Assembly (NCBI GenBank): GCA_030248215.1
Contig: JASANG010003752.1
Location: 372,001-436,000 of the forward strand
Length of the DNA: 64,000 bases
DNA from: Enoplolaimus lenunculus
Taxonomy: Eukaryota
Reading direction: 5' to 3'
This document shows, in pieces, positions 12,792-24,265 of this stretch (the first letter of the stretch is position 1; each line of letters begins with the position of its first letter). The translations under genes and the position numbers were made by a program. The notes under the pieces were generated by a model that was not told the DNA's origin, made no database searches, and saw only the letters and a list, made by a program, of their open reading frames with translations.

Positions 12792-15781
12792 TCGTTGAAT
12801 TGCTGTGTCATCAAGCGGTATAGATCCGGTTGGAATTGCACCCGCTGTGTCGTCGTGCAGGAACGCTGGCTTGACCCGATCTACGCTAACCGAGTCCTCA
12901 TTATCTCCGATTTTCAAAATCATGGTTTTGTCGTCGCGGTTCTTGACTTCGTAAGGCCCACGGAAGCGCGGTTGAAGGGCACCTTTGACCGAATCGTCTC
13001 GCAGCCAGACGTGACTGGTTGTGAGAAGGTTTTTTGGTACATACCAGGGAGTTGAGTGACGGCGTTCGGGGGCATTGAAGCAGTTGATCGTAGCTTGTAG
13101 ATTTTGCACAAAATCAGAAGCGCTCGCATTTTCGGAAATTGAAGTTGGCATGAAGTAACAGTGAGGTAGGTCGATGTTGCTGCCGAAAACCATCTGGCAA
13201 GGTGTGAATCCTTTGTCCTTGAGGGCTGTCCGGACTCCCAGCAGCACAAGCGGGAGGGACTGCATCCAGGAACGGGTGCTGCAGTGGGCACGAAGACCGG
13301 TTTTCAGCGTCCGATGAAATCGTTCGACCGCGCCGTTACATGCCGGATGGTAGGCGGTCGTACGCCTACGTTCAATTCCCAGCTGTTCCATAAGCGTAGA
13401 CCAGAGAGCAGATTGAAATTGAGCCCCACGATCGGAAATGATGATACGCGGGACCCCAAAACGGCTGATCCTGTCGGCGATGAGAGCGGCAGCGACTGAC
13501 TCGGTCGTAATGTCTGGGACTGGAATGGCTTCCGGCCAACGAGTAAACCGATCAATCACCGTAACAAGGTATCGATTGCCTGAGGAAGGCGGAAAAGGCC
13601 CGACGATATCGATGTGGATCGTGTGGAATCGTCCCGGACTGGGAATTGTACTGATTGGTGTTTTCGTGTGGAAACCAACCTTGTTTTTTTGACACCCAAA
13701 GCATTCGCGGCACTATTGTTTGACGTCGCGGTTCATTCCCGGCCAAATAAAAGTACCGGCAATCTGGTGGAGGGTTGCCCTAGAACCTGCGTGACTGAGG
13801 TTGTGCACAACATTGAAGATTTTGCGTCGCATGTTTGACGGGACGTAGGGTCGTAGCTGCGGCTTTGAGGCGTCACAGTGAATTGTCCCTCCGTTGACCT
13901 TCAGTTGCTTAACGGGCAAGCCCGTGGCCTGCACGAATCGCATGAGGGCACTATCGGTCGCTTGTGCTGCCGCCAACCCGTCATCGAATGCGGCGGTAAT
14001 TGCACAGACCGGCCTGGATAGAGCGTCCGCCACCACATTGCCCGAGCCGGCGACGTGCTCGATGTTGCACCCAAATTCCGAGATAAAGGATAGCCATCGG
14101 GACTGTTGAGCAGAGGGATTTGCCATTGATAGGGCGTTAACGAGGGGCTTGTGGTCGGTCCGCACTGTAAATTTGGATCCCTGAAGCCACGAAAAGTGTC
14201 TGAGTGCCTTGTAGATCGCCATCAGCTCACGGTCGAAAGCAGATTTGCGCGATTCAAGAGGAGTGAGCTTCTCCGAATAGAACGCTAATGGCTCCGCCAC
14301 ACCGTTGACCACTTGATTGAGGACCGCACCAACGGCGGCGCTGGAAGCGTCCACAACAAGCTGCAGGACCCGCAGGATTGGGGAAGAGAGCTTACTGCCG
14401 CGGACCGCTGACTTAGGGCGTCAAATGCCTGATAGCTGTCATCCGACCATGCCAACTTAAAGTTTCCTTTTCCGCCCGTGCCCTGTAACATGTCCGTGAG
14501 AGTAGAGCAATTCGCGAAAACCCTGGAATAAAACGGTGGTAGAAACCGGCCATGCCAAGGAAACGACGGAGAGACTTGGTTGTATCCGGCCGCGGAAGTC
14601 GAGAATGTTTTTGACCTTGGACGGTATTGGGCGAACTCCGCTCGCATCAACCTCGACCCCGACGAAATTGACCTTGGGGCTAAACAAGACGCACTTATCC
14701 GGGCGTAATCTCAAGCCGTGGTTGTTGAGGCGAGTGAGAACCGTTTGTAAGTGCCCGAGGTGTTCGTCAGGTGTTCGGCTGGCAATGAGGATATCATCAA
14801 GATACACCTTAACAAAAGGTAACTCACCAAAAATGGAGTCCATAAGCCGCTGAAAAGTCTGCGCTGCGTTTCGGAAGCCGAAAAACATTCGTCGGAACAG
14901 GAAGAGACCAAATGGCGTCGTGACGGCCGTCTTCGGTTGATCCTGTACTGCTACAGGAATCTGCGTATAGGCGCAAACTAGATCCAGCTTCGAGAAAACT
15001 GAGGCTCCGTGGAGATCACCCGCGAGGTCCGTGAGATTGGGCATCGGGTATCGATCGGGGACTGTCTGACTGTTGAGCTTACGGTAGTCACCCGTCGGAC
15101 GGTACGGTGCCTTGGGGTCCGCCTTTGGAACCATGTGCAAGGGCGAAGCGTAAGGGGATTCCCCGCGATAGACGATACCTTGCTTCTCCCATTCGGCGAA
15201 AACTCGCTTTGCGACCACGAGTTTTGGCCCGTCCAAGCGTCGTGGGCGATCGAAGCAAGGTGGTCCAGTTGTGAGGATGTGGTGCTCAATCCCGTGTAGA
15301 GCAGGAGCGAAGGCGTCGATGGGATTGAAGATCTTTGGGAACTTGCGAAGGACCTGCTTGACCCGATTTGCTTCGCCTGGCATTACGATCCTAACACCCA
15401 TCGGGGTTGATACCGACTTTGTGTTTGCCGTGCAGCAGGCCGCCGAAATCTTTGTTGTGTTTGCCGGAATCAAGCGATTGTGAACACAGTCGACAGCGAA
15501 TCCATAGTGGCGGAGAAAATCCCGACCGAGGATCGGATGAGCGACATCGGCGACGTAAAAGGTCCAACGGAACTGCTGGCGAAACCCCTTTAGCTGGAAG
15601 TCGAGGTCGCATGTGCCCACGATCTTAACCGGTGTGCCGTTGACCGCGGTGGCATCCACGGGTCGATGACGGAGGGGAATGGTGTCCGGCGCATGGGAGG
15701 GTTGCAGAAAAGAGAGGGAACTACCACTATCGGCGATAAAATGCCCTACCGAGGTTGCCCCGATGAACACCGCATTGACCG

Positions 15782-15824
15782 CCCCACCGCTTGATGGCAC
15801 CGCGGTGGGGGCTACTCGTTTCCC
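15782..15824 (-). promoter_or_regulatory. -1 programmed ribosomal frameshift signal, gag to pol
   Basis: Slippery heptamer G GGA AAC (15824-15818), 7-nt spacer, then a perfect 9-bp GC stem CCCCACCGC/GCGGTGGGG with an 11-nt loop. Gag reads GGA-AAC-GAG-TAG; the -1 frame reads GGG-AAA-CGA and is the pol frame. Confidence 0.85.
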
Positions 15825-16619
15825 GGACCGGAAACAGAACCGGACGTTGCTGTGAAAGAACAAAACTGGGCTCCCGGGCATCGCTGCGCGTTGGCTCCGA
15901 ACCTCTTGTGGTACCAGCAAATTTCCGATGTACGTTGGCGTGACTGAGACCATGACCGGGTTCGCTGACCCCCGCGGCTGCCACCTCGATTGTCATTGCT
16001 CGGTTGTCCGAACGACCTGCGATTGCTTGATGCGCTGCGGTAGGACAGCTTACGAACAGCGGCTGCCAGATCGCTGATTTGTTGCTGCATTGAGGCTTGC
16101 CACGGATCCACTGCCGTCTGTGCTATGCAGGACCTGAGTTCTGATTGACCTGATTGACCAAAGCCGGATCAGCCATCTCCATCATCGCATCGGCGATGCG
16201 AGCAAGTTGCTCAAGTGAGACACTGTCCATCGAGACCAGAGTAAGGCGAATTTGCTCAGGGAGGATCTCGAGAAAGCGCAGGCGGACGAGATCCTGACTG
16301 TTCGGGGCCAACTCGAGGAGTTCACGGAGGGCGCTTGATGGCTTGCGCCCTTTGAGGTCCTTTTCGGCCAGAAGTCTGCGGAGCCGCCGATTGTCGCTAT
16401 CAGCGTAGTAGTTGATCAGCGTCCGCTTAGCCATCGTAGCCCGCGTAGGCACCCCGACCGGGACGAGGGCGTCACAACCCGGAGACATTGCGTTTCTGAG
16501 CACATCATCGGCCCAAGAATTTGTTCGACCTGGTTGAACCAGGACTGTGGCGTCTTTGAATTGAACTGCGGTAATTGATGAAATTGACTCGCGGATGCAC
16601 TGGGTAGAGGACGATCCAA
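15812..16619 (-). pseudogene. gag: Gypsy gag (frameshifted in this copy or assembly)
   Basis: LPQFNSKTPQSWFNQVEQ (LPxF...PxxWFxQVE N-terminal gag motif), RLRRLL...DLKGRKPSSALREL, LEQLARIADAMME and a C-terminal CWYHKRFG...C...C zinc finger, spread over 3 reading frames. Confidence 0.85.
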
Positions 16620-16629
16620 TTACCCATCA

Positions 16630-17175
16630 CTAACTTGGTCCGCAGTGGCCAAACTGTGCAATCCCAGCTACTATTGCCAACGCAGAACATCTGGCCCGAA
16701 AGGTTGAGCGCCGCATCATCTCGTCCCGGTTGATGGCAGAACGATGCCTCATCACTTGCCTTAGGAGCTGTAGCATCCCGGCCAGAGTGTCCTTAGACTG
16801 TTGAGAGAGATTGACAGGCCCAGGATTCGGTTCAACCCCGCCAATAAGCAACAGCACCCAGGCAGGGGCTTGCCGCCACCTACACTTTACCAAGCACCCG
16901 TACATCCAATTGTGGGAACCCGTGGGGCGTAGCATGACGACACAGGTGAAAAGTGTCCTCGAACGCTGCCTTTTGCCATTCCTGGGGATCTTGAAACGAC
17001 CATTCGATTGGAACGAGTACGTCACAACTGTGTGGCAAGGGACGACCGAGTGAGGATGATCGACGATTCGACGATTGAGGACGACCTGAAATTTGAGGAG
17101 CGCCAGGACCAGCCCCACAAAGACAGGCAGGACCCGAAAACGGGGAGGTGTTTGTGTCCGAGTCGGGCTCACCAT
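16630..17175 (-). CDS. Retrotransposon leader ORF containing a 2A/StopGo-like peptide (WVLLLIGGVEPNPG|P at 16860-16816), upstream of gag
   Basis: Open frame from the ATG at 17175-17173; hydrophobic N-terminal segment; ExNPGP motif preceded by a Leu-rich stretch. The join to gag is broken by indels in this copy. Confidence 0.6.
   Translation of the reverse strand: MVSPTRTQTPPRFRVLPVFVGLVLALLKFQVVLNRRIVDHPHSVVPCHTVVTYSFQSNGRFKIPRNGKRQRSRTLFTCVVMLRPTGSHNWMYGCLVKCRWRQAPAWVLLLIGGVEPNPGPVNLSQQSKDTLAGMLQLLRQVMRHRSAINRDEMMRRSTFRARCSALAIVAGIAQFGHCGPS
17157..17174 (-). promoter_or_regulatory. Primer binding site TGGTGAGCCCGACTCGGA (primer tRNA uncertain; Trp-like 3' end)
   Basis: Starts with TGG one base after the 5' LTR, complementary to a tRNA CCA end. 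The tRNA identity is inferred from resemblance to a ...GUCGGGGUCACCA tRNA-Trp end with one mismatch. Confidence 0.8.
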
Positions 17176-17539
17176 TGTAAAACGCCTTCGCACTTATAAA
17201 ACATAAAACCCGAGTAAACTTAACAAGAGAGTAACGTAAACAGTTTATTATACGACGAAATAACCACGCTATGAGTATAGTCAAGCACACCGGTAGAACA
17301 AACAGTCTGATCATGAATCCTCCTTAAACTCCAGTGTTTTCAGCTTATATACCACTTCACCGCCTACGCAACTCGTTGTCACTAAATCATTGGCCCACGT
17401 ATCGTTCGCTAATCCACGTGTCACTCCATGCTTAGCCCACGCATCGCTCGCTAATTTGGCCACGTACACATTGTTGCTAGCTAGACGTGAATAAAGCAAA
17501 ATATGTCGTAAAGAACACGTTCACTTCATTCACGTTACA
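17176..17539 (-). repeat. 5' LTR (364 bp)
   Basis: Matches 12078-12441 except one substitution (17502 vs 12404). Minus-strand TATATAA at 17345-17351 and AATAAA at 17244-17249. Confidence 0.97.
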
Positions 17540-20500
17540 CTATTAAATCTCCATTTTTTGTAAATGTTTTGACAACCTATTTTTTGGCACATCTCACTTA
17601 ATCGGTACAGTTAAATTTTAAACTGATAACTGTTTGTGGTTGTGGGTATGAACCCTGTTCAAAACAGTTTTAGTATTTTTGGAGTACAGGTACATTTTTT
17701 GCTCCACATGCTTGAGTCTAAGCATAAGCTTTTTTGTGCAACGCTGAAACAAAGGTTGAGCGTTCGCCTCAGTCTACAACTTATACAAGTTGCCAACATC
17801 TGAAAATTCCGAAAACTGCGTGTGGTAAATACTACATGAACCATGCTCAAAACAGTTTAGTATTCTGGAGCACAAGTACATTTTCCGAGACAAGTTTAAG
17901 TCTAAACCAGAAACTAATTGGAAGTGCAACCCTGAGCCAAAGCTTGAGCTCACGCCTAAGCCTAACTTATTTATGCTAAAATTTTAAAATTTCGAAAACT
18001 GTGCGGTAAAGTACATGAGCCATTTTGAAAAAATTTAACATGTAACGATGTCAATTATATTTTTTCGTTTTTGTACCAATACTGCACGCAATCCAGTACG
18101 TCCAGTATTTAATTCTAAGACATTTTTCTAGCATATGGAGTGGTGACCACACAGCTAATTTGGCGCTACCATAACTGACAGTTTCTACTTTACAGATCGC
18201 TGACCAGATTCGCCGACAGGTATGTGTGTACATCTTTGAATTGCCGACCAATGTATAGAACAGGGCCGTAAAAATACTATACGCATATTCCTAATACTAA
18301 GCTTAAGCTTAAGCCTAAGTGTAAGAATGATGTTATACCTATGCCTAAACCTAAGCCTAAGCAAAAAATTAGACTTAGGCTTAAGCATACTCTACTTCAG
18401 TTCCGCAGAAAAACGTTCCGCCCCTAAATCTTTTCATGGGTCGAATTCACTAAGTACTTTTTTTATACAGGTAGCTATGCAGAGTAAAATCGCTTCTTGC
18501 GTCATATTGTTTTGCTTCAAAACTACACTTGCAGATGCACCCAAAGTGACTTAAAAGCATAGATGCAAAAATGAACAGTACTCAATAACCTAAACATTGT
18601 AAACTTCCAAACTTACCAAAATAATCAAATATAGATTGCATGCGTATTTTTCTGAACAACTGGTTAATAAGAGATTCTATTAAAAGTTAAAGTTATCTCG
18701 AATAACCATAGTAAATAACTGGCTGAGTTTCTCTCGACGTTATAGATTAAAAGGCTTGATTTAGTAAAGACACTTACCGCCGCCGTGCTGGTATATAAAC
18801 TTAATTAAAATAATACTCGAAACAGAAAGGCAGAAAACAAACTGTTAATTTCCGTATATTTAAAAATATTTTCATTTGAAATTTGATGTTTGCCATCACG
18901 ATTTTAAACATCGTACTCTATTTCCGTCCAAGACAATCAAATCAGAGTTCACATTTTGAGCCGTATACTCAGCTGTGTGTAGCATTTATCACCAGTTAGT
19001 AAAATATATCCTGGAATAAGCGAACTCCAGTCGCCGTGAATTTTTCACCGTAGTACAGCAAGGTGAATGACGAAACAGTTGATAAACGCTACGGCTAATG
19101 TAAAGAAAAGGGTCGGAACAGTATTATAAGTATATTCCTAAACCTAAGCCTAAGCATAAGCCTAAGCGTAAGAATGAGCATATTCTTAAGTCTAAGCCTA
19201 AGACTAAGCCTAAGCCAAGCAAAAAACTAATCTAAAGAGCTTACTCTATTGTAGTCCCGCAGAAAAATGTTCCGCCCCTGATCTGTATATACATTGAACA
19301 ATGCTACGTACATGACATGTCACCAACTTGTGATAGGTGCTACAGACATTTGACAATACGGTAAATGTCAACTATAACTACAGGTGTAAAAATTGCCGAA
19401 GCCTCTAAATGAAAAAAAAACAAACCGTAATCACAAATTTCTATCTGCGAGGTTCATTCCGTATAGGAAAGATAAGAATGTAGCACGCGTTCGTTGTGTT
19501 TTTGGCAGACCCCCGTTATTTAGGGTGATGGGTGGTTGAAACAACGAAATTGAAGAAGATACTAATAAAATCCACAGTAAAAAATGGTTCGTTCATATTC
19601 TTGGCCTCATTATCATTTCGCTTTCTATCTTGTGTATTATTGCGTATTTAAATATCGAACTCCTTGAAATGAGGGGAGAATGAAAAAATGCGCAACGAAC
19701 CCCGCTGGTTGAGTGTCATAAAAAGTTGCTCATTCTTGTCTAAAGAGTCATTATCGACGTTTTATTTATCTGATTCACTCATTCTGTCCATTGTTTTCAT
19801 ATAAAAAGGCAGTGCAATGTTTATGTTTTAAGCGCCTATTGAAACATAAGCCAGCGTCCCATAATCCACACGGTGAACCGTAAAAAGTACAGCACCGCGC
19901 TTTAGCGCCTTCCTGAACTTCTGGATAAGTTTGCCCGCAGTGGTAAAAAAGTACTATTTTAACTTTTATTAATGGGTCCAACGTTTTGTTTTAAAGGGGG
20001 GCTGGCAACCTTAGCGTCGGCTCTGGTAATTAGCACGATGTTTGAGTAGCAAGAAATTCTAGGTAATGTTGTTCCGGTTTCATAAGACTTTCGGCTAATG
20101 TTACTTTTACGGCAATCCCAGTTTTTGGTGGGTCCGTGAAAGAGTAGGCTTAGTTTCTAGACTACATTTTTTGCTCAGTCTTAGGCTTAAGATTACAATA
20201 CACGTTTTTAAACGCTTCGGGTTACGCTTAGGCTTAGGAATATATATGCTTTGTCTACTTATACAGCCCTAAAAATAACATTGGCTAGGCTTTCTTATAT
20301 TTTATTTATTTTTTCATTACTGCATAAGGGTCTAATAGCGAAAAGTTTTAAACACATTTTTACGTTTTACCAGCTGAACAGTTTGTTACTAGAAATCGTC
20401 ATATGTCTAAGCATCGTTTTTGCACATTTATCAACGGCAAAATATACGTTCAAGAATACTTTTTTATATGTTTACAAGGTAAACTTTTTAAATTTGAACA

Positions 20501-21120
20501 GCTACTTTGTTTCGTTCAGCGAAATTTCAAGGCCCTATGTAAAGATCAGGGGCGGAACGTTTTTCTATTGAACTATAAAAGAGTACGCTTAAAGCTGTAC
20601 AGTAATTTTTTTGCTTGGCTTAGGCTTAGGATTAAGCTTTGGAATATGCTCATTCTTACGCTTAAGATTAGGCTTAGACTAAGGCATAGGCTTAAGAATA
20701 TGCTTAACATACTGTTCGGCCCCTGTTCTTTATATTGGCCGTTTAGTTCAGCGAAATTTCAGTGACTCTATTCTAGCTTAATTTAAACACTTTATGTTCT
20801 TCAAAGACTTTCTGTTACTACAATAGCCGACGCTAAAAGTAATGGCAATATATATACAATAGGTTTTTACTATTCACATGTTTAGAACTTTCAGTTGTAA
20901 TAAAGTAATCGCACCTAGCGCTGATTTACCGCCGTTGAGCATAGGGTTACAGAGCGATCAACAGTAGGGTAAGATTTAACTCACGTATGGGCGTAGCCAG
21001 GATTTCCTTTGGGGGGGGGGGCGCAGAAATACTTTAAATATGTAGTGTGTTAATCGGACAACAGCAGTCAATACACACAACAAGGAGTGAGAAAATAAAT
21101 TTTGGCACATATACCACTAA

Positions 21121-21492
21121 AAGCAATGTCGGTTCAAATTAGGAAAGCATCAACAACTAGTGCGTGAAAGAGAAGCGCATAACGAATCATAATTTCAATT
21201 TTTTCAAAAATGAAAGTTTTACAATACCATTAGGGGGCATGGCCCTTTTGCCACACCCTGCTACAGACAGGTCGGCCCCGGTATCTTTAATCCGAATTAA
21301 TTCCTGGTAAATATGGTAAGCAATGTCGGCTCAGATTAGGAAAGCACCAAAAACTAGTTTGTGAAAGGGAAATGCATAGCGAATCATAATTTCAATTTAT
21401 TCAAAAAATTTTACAAAACCATTGGTGGGCATGGGCTACAGACAGGTTGGCCCCGGCGTCTTTAAACCGAATTCATTCCTGTTAAATATGGT
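21121..21492. repeat. Diverged tandem duplication (~190 bp x2)
   Basis: AAGCAATGTCGG...TAAATATGGT block repeated at 21121 and 21319. Confidence 0.8.
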
Positions 21493-21557
21493 CATTATTT
21501 TGACGTAATTATTTTACGATGGTCTCTAAACTAAGTTCAGTATTGAACAAGGGCATA

Positions 21558-21990
21558 CGGTAATGACCCGAATAAGAGGGAGATTGATATTTATTTTGCC
21601 TTTCCAGAGATTACCTCCCTGGTTTTCGGTTACGGACTGTTATTTATTTTTAACCAGCCCTCCGCCGCTGTTCGTTACTGGTATATATTTAGTATTGCAA
21701 CTTTCCGTTTAATTGAACGTTTACTTGTCTTCTATCAAAAGCATGAGCGATAATGCAAGGTTATACTTGAAAAAATGTACTTTCAGAACTTAAGTATGCT
21801 TTAAAGTTTCCAACTCAACTTTATTTGGTCCTGGAGTCATTTCTGCTCTACAATTAGGGATAATTGACATTTATGGACTGTAATATATAGGGTTTAGAGA
21901 CTCTATGCGCTTGCCCACTCTTATTAAAGATACAGACTCTTATTGATTGGGACTCAAAATGGGAACCCCCTCTTATTCGGATCACTATAT
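21558..21990. mobile_element. Tc1/mariner-like MITE (same family), just upstream of the receptor ATG
   Basis: Homologous over its length to 58709-59140. Older copies at ~33222-33655 and a fragment at ~8849-8910. Confidence 0.8.
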
Positions 21991-22135
21991 ACGTAGTTTA
22001 TGGGTGCGCAAAGGTACCGAGTCCGCTCCAATCTGAATTCATTTCTGTTGAGCCAAAGCGCACGTTTTTTAAAGTAACTCTTTTCAGATGGTCTATACTT
22101 GGTTCTATTAATCATCAACCTGCACAGAACCAAAT

Positions 22136-23123
22136 ATGACCAACACATCCGTTCTTGAAGTGCCAGCATACAATCGAACGTTGATTATTGCCTCATCTGC
22201 CGTTCTGCCATTAAATCAAAGTCTTCCGCCTGCATCGCCGTATCCGGACTATTTTGTTGTCATTATTAGTATATTAATATTCTTCGTTAGTCTAACAACA
22301 GTTTTTGGCAATCTGCTCGTACTGGTTGCGTTTTATTTAGACAAATCCATTCGACAGCCGTCGAACTATTTCATTATTTCACTTGCGTTTTCTGATTTTT
22401 TAATCGGTATTGAAGGGTTCCCATTCTACTCGTTGTACGTTCTGCGAGGATTCAATTGGCCTTTGGGTCGGTTCAGTTGCGACCTGTGGCTAGCGGTCGA
22501 TTATTCTGTATGCCTAGCGTCAATCTATACCGTCTTACTGATAACAATTGATCGATTTTGTTCAGTTACCATACCGACCCGATACAGGACTTGGCGAACT
22601 AAACGGCGAATTCAACTAATCACTCTGCTCATTTGGATCATTCCGTCGATTTTGTTCGGCATTTCGATCCTTGGTTGGACATCGTTTACTGGCAAGCGAA
22701 TTATCGAAGAATGGCAATGTGAAGTACAATTTATGATCGGAAATCCTATATTTAATATGTGTATGTATATTGGATACTACTGGTCTACGCTAATTGTAAT
22801 GGTAGCGCTATATGTAGGAATTTATCGATCAGCGTATAAACTGCATAAACGTTCACAACAAAAACAAAAGCGACTATCAGTGCTAAATCGAATGCAAGCT
22901 GCAGTTGTATCAAGTGCAGCGCCGCTTGGGACTGTTATAAATGCAAGTATACCGGTAAATACCGCGGATACTCTGGCACGGCGAAGACGTAGTGGTAACG
23001 GAAGAGACGAAGGAAATAGTGGAACGTCAGATGATTGTGACCAGAATGATCATGCAGAAACAGTCAAGTCTGCTAAAACAAACGAAGATGTTAGTAGTCG
23101 ATTAGAAAGACGGCCTGAGAAAG
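22136..23123 (+). CDS. gar-2: Muscarinic acetylcholine receptor, B-type (GAR-1/GAR-2-like), exon 1 (TM1-TM5 and start of ICL3)
   Basis: GNLLV, SLAFSDFLIG, CDLWLAVDY (TM3 Asp), IDRF, TM4 Trp and TM5. Donor AAAG|GTAAGC at 23123/23124, phase 1. The gar-1 versus gar-2 assignment is not resolved. Confidence 0.93.
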
Positions 23124-23135
23124 GTAAGCATAACA

Positions 23136-23434
23136 TATCGCATAGGATTTGCCAAATTTAAACGGGTGCACAGGAGTCACTTATTAATATTACTATTAAA
23201 ATTTCGCAAGGAAATGCAGCCGCATATTTGCAAAGGAATGTGTTTTTAATCTGAACCATGAGAAAATATTTATATGAACACCTTTCTCAGGTTCATATAA
23301 ATATTTTCTCATGGTTCAGATTAAAAACACATTCCTTTGCAAATATGCGGCTGCATTTCCTTCCGAAATGTTAATAGTAATATTAATAAGTGACTTCTGT
23401 GCACCCGTGTAAATTTGGCAAATCCTATGCGATA
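23136..23434. repeat. Near-perfect inverted repeat (~144-bp arms, ~11-nt loop) at the start of the receptor intron
   Basis: 23136-23279 is the reverse complement of 23291-23434 with a few mismatches. Confidence 0.95.
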
Positions 23435-24265
23435 AGAACAATTTCTTGTGTTCTGAAATTTTGCAGTTTCAAAGTGCTTTTTAGCGAACATATTGTTGCA
23501 ACGTTGCAACTCGCTTGGAAACAGATTGTGGCCGTCAGAAGAACGATAAATTTTAAACACATCATGACCGGTGAGAAAGGCTACATCTGCACCCATCCAG
23601 GGATCAACCGGATATCCGGTTCCGTTTGTTCCGGTATATTATTGCTTGCCAGTAAACGACAAACTCCTATTCTGTGGTTTTCACCGAAGGGGCGTGCGCT
23701 AAAGGGATGATTTAAAATAGCAAAATCTCAACCAATAGTGCGTTTAACGTAACAGTAGTTATTTAATAGAAGGTGTCACAGTTTTTTTCCAGTAACGGTG
23801 GCTCATCCAATACCTGTCTGCATCTGTTTCTGCTCGTAAAACTAACATTTCTCAAGGGCTTCTACATTGTCTTAATGCTCATGTCTTCTCAAATAACGGC
23901 GGATTACCTGCTGCAATTTTAGCTCACGCAAACACACTTTCGAAATATATTTTTAAAAACAGAGAGTTTGCCTCTAAGTACACTTTACCACCTCCGTTTT
24001 CGTAATTTTTAGATTTAAGCATACAGCTTAGGTTATTCGTTTGCTTTAACTTAGCATGAGCTTATGCTTGTCCAAAAGCTTAGACTTAAACTTATTAAGT
24101 ATTCAAGGGTCGAAAGTTTAAAACAGCTAAACACCCGAAACTTAGTGACAAAAATGTAGACAATGCCTAACGGGTGCGGTATACGTTACTGTGCCGGACG
24201 CTGCTGCGCGTCGCTATGCGTTGCTAATAATACTAAATTATCTAAATTTGTGGCTTGCAATTCAG

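Larger units (their letters stand above)
12456..15824 (-). pseudogene. pol: Gypsy pol: aspartic protease, reverse transcriptase, RNase H, integrase with GPY/F and C-terminal PWWP domain (disrupted by indels at ~14350-14600 and one TAG at 13713-13715)
   Basis: PR: FIADSGSS. RT: DYRKLN, FSKLDL, YLDD. RNase H: DAS, DRELMAI, TDHKPL, ADALSR. INT: H-H-C-C zinc domain (HNLSH...CFGC), DDE triad (HIDIVGP, SDRGAQF, NGAVER), GPY/F (RGPYEV...DRVKP), then PWWP. Confidence 0.95.
12078..17539 (-). mobile_element. Full-length Ty3/Gypsy LTR retrotransposon (5462 bp): leader-2A / gag / pol (PR-RT-RH-INT-PWWP)
   Basis: Two 364-bp direct repeats with TG...CA ends; 4-bp TSD CTAT (12074-12077 and 17540-17543); PBS and PPT at the expected positions; pol domain order PR-RT-RH-INT is diagnostic of Gypsy; internal region is GC-richer than the flanks. 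Confidence 0.97.

Noticed and set aside
12456..12800. env gene or chromodomain at the 3' end of the retrotransposon
   Set aside because: Pol ends ~14 nt before the 3' LTR, leaving no room for env; the tail motifs fit PWWP, not chromo.
12589..15628. Antisense and alternate-frame ORFs within pol
   Set aside because: Expected shadow ORFs in GC-rich coding DNA; no motifs.
24163..24265. N-terminus of the 1086-aa ORF as the start of a separate protein
   Set aside because: The ORF has only TM6-TM7; a phase-compatible acceptor at 24265 joins it to the TM1-TM5 exon, so this part is intronic.
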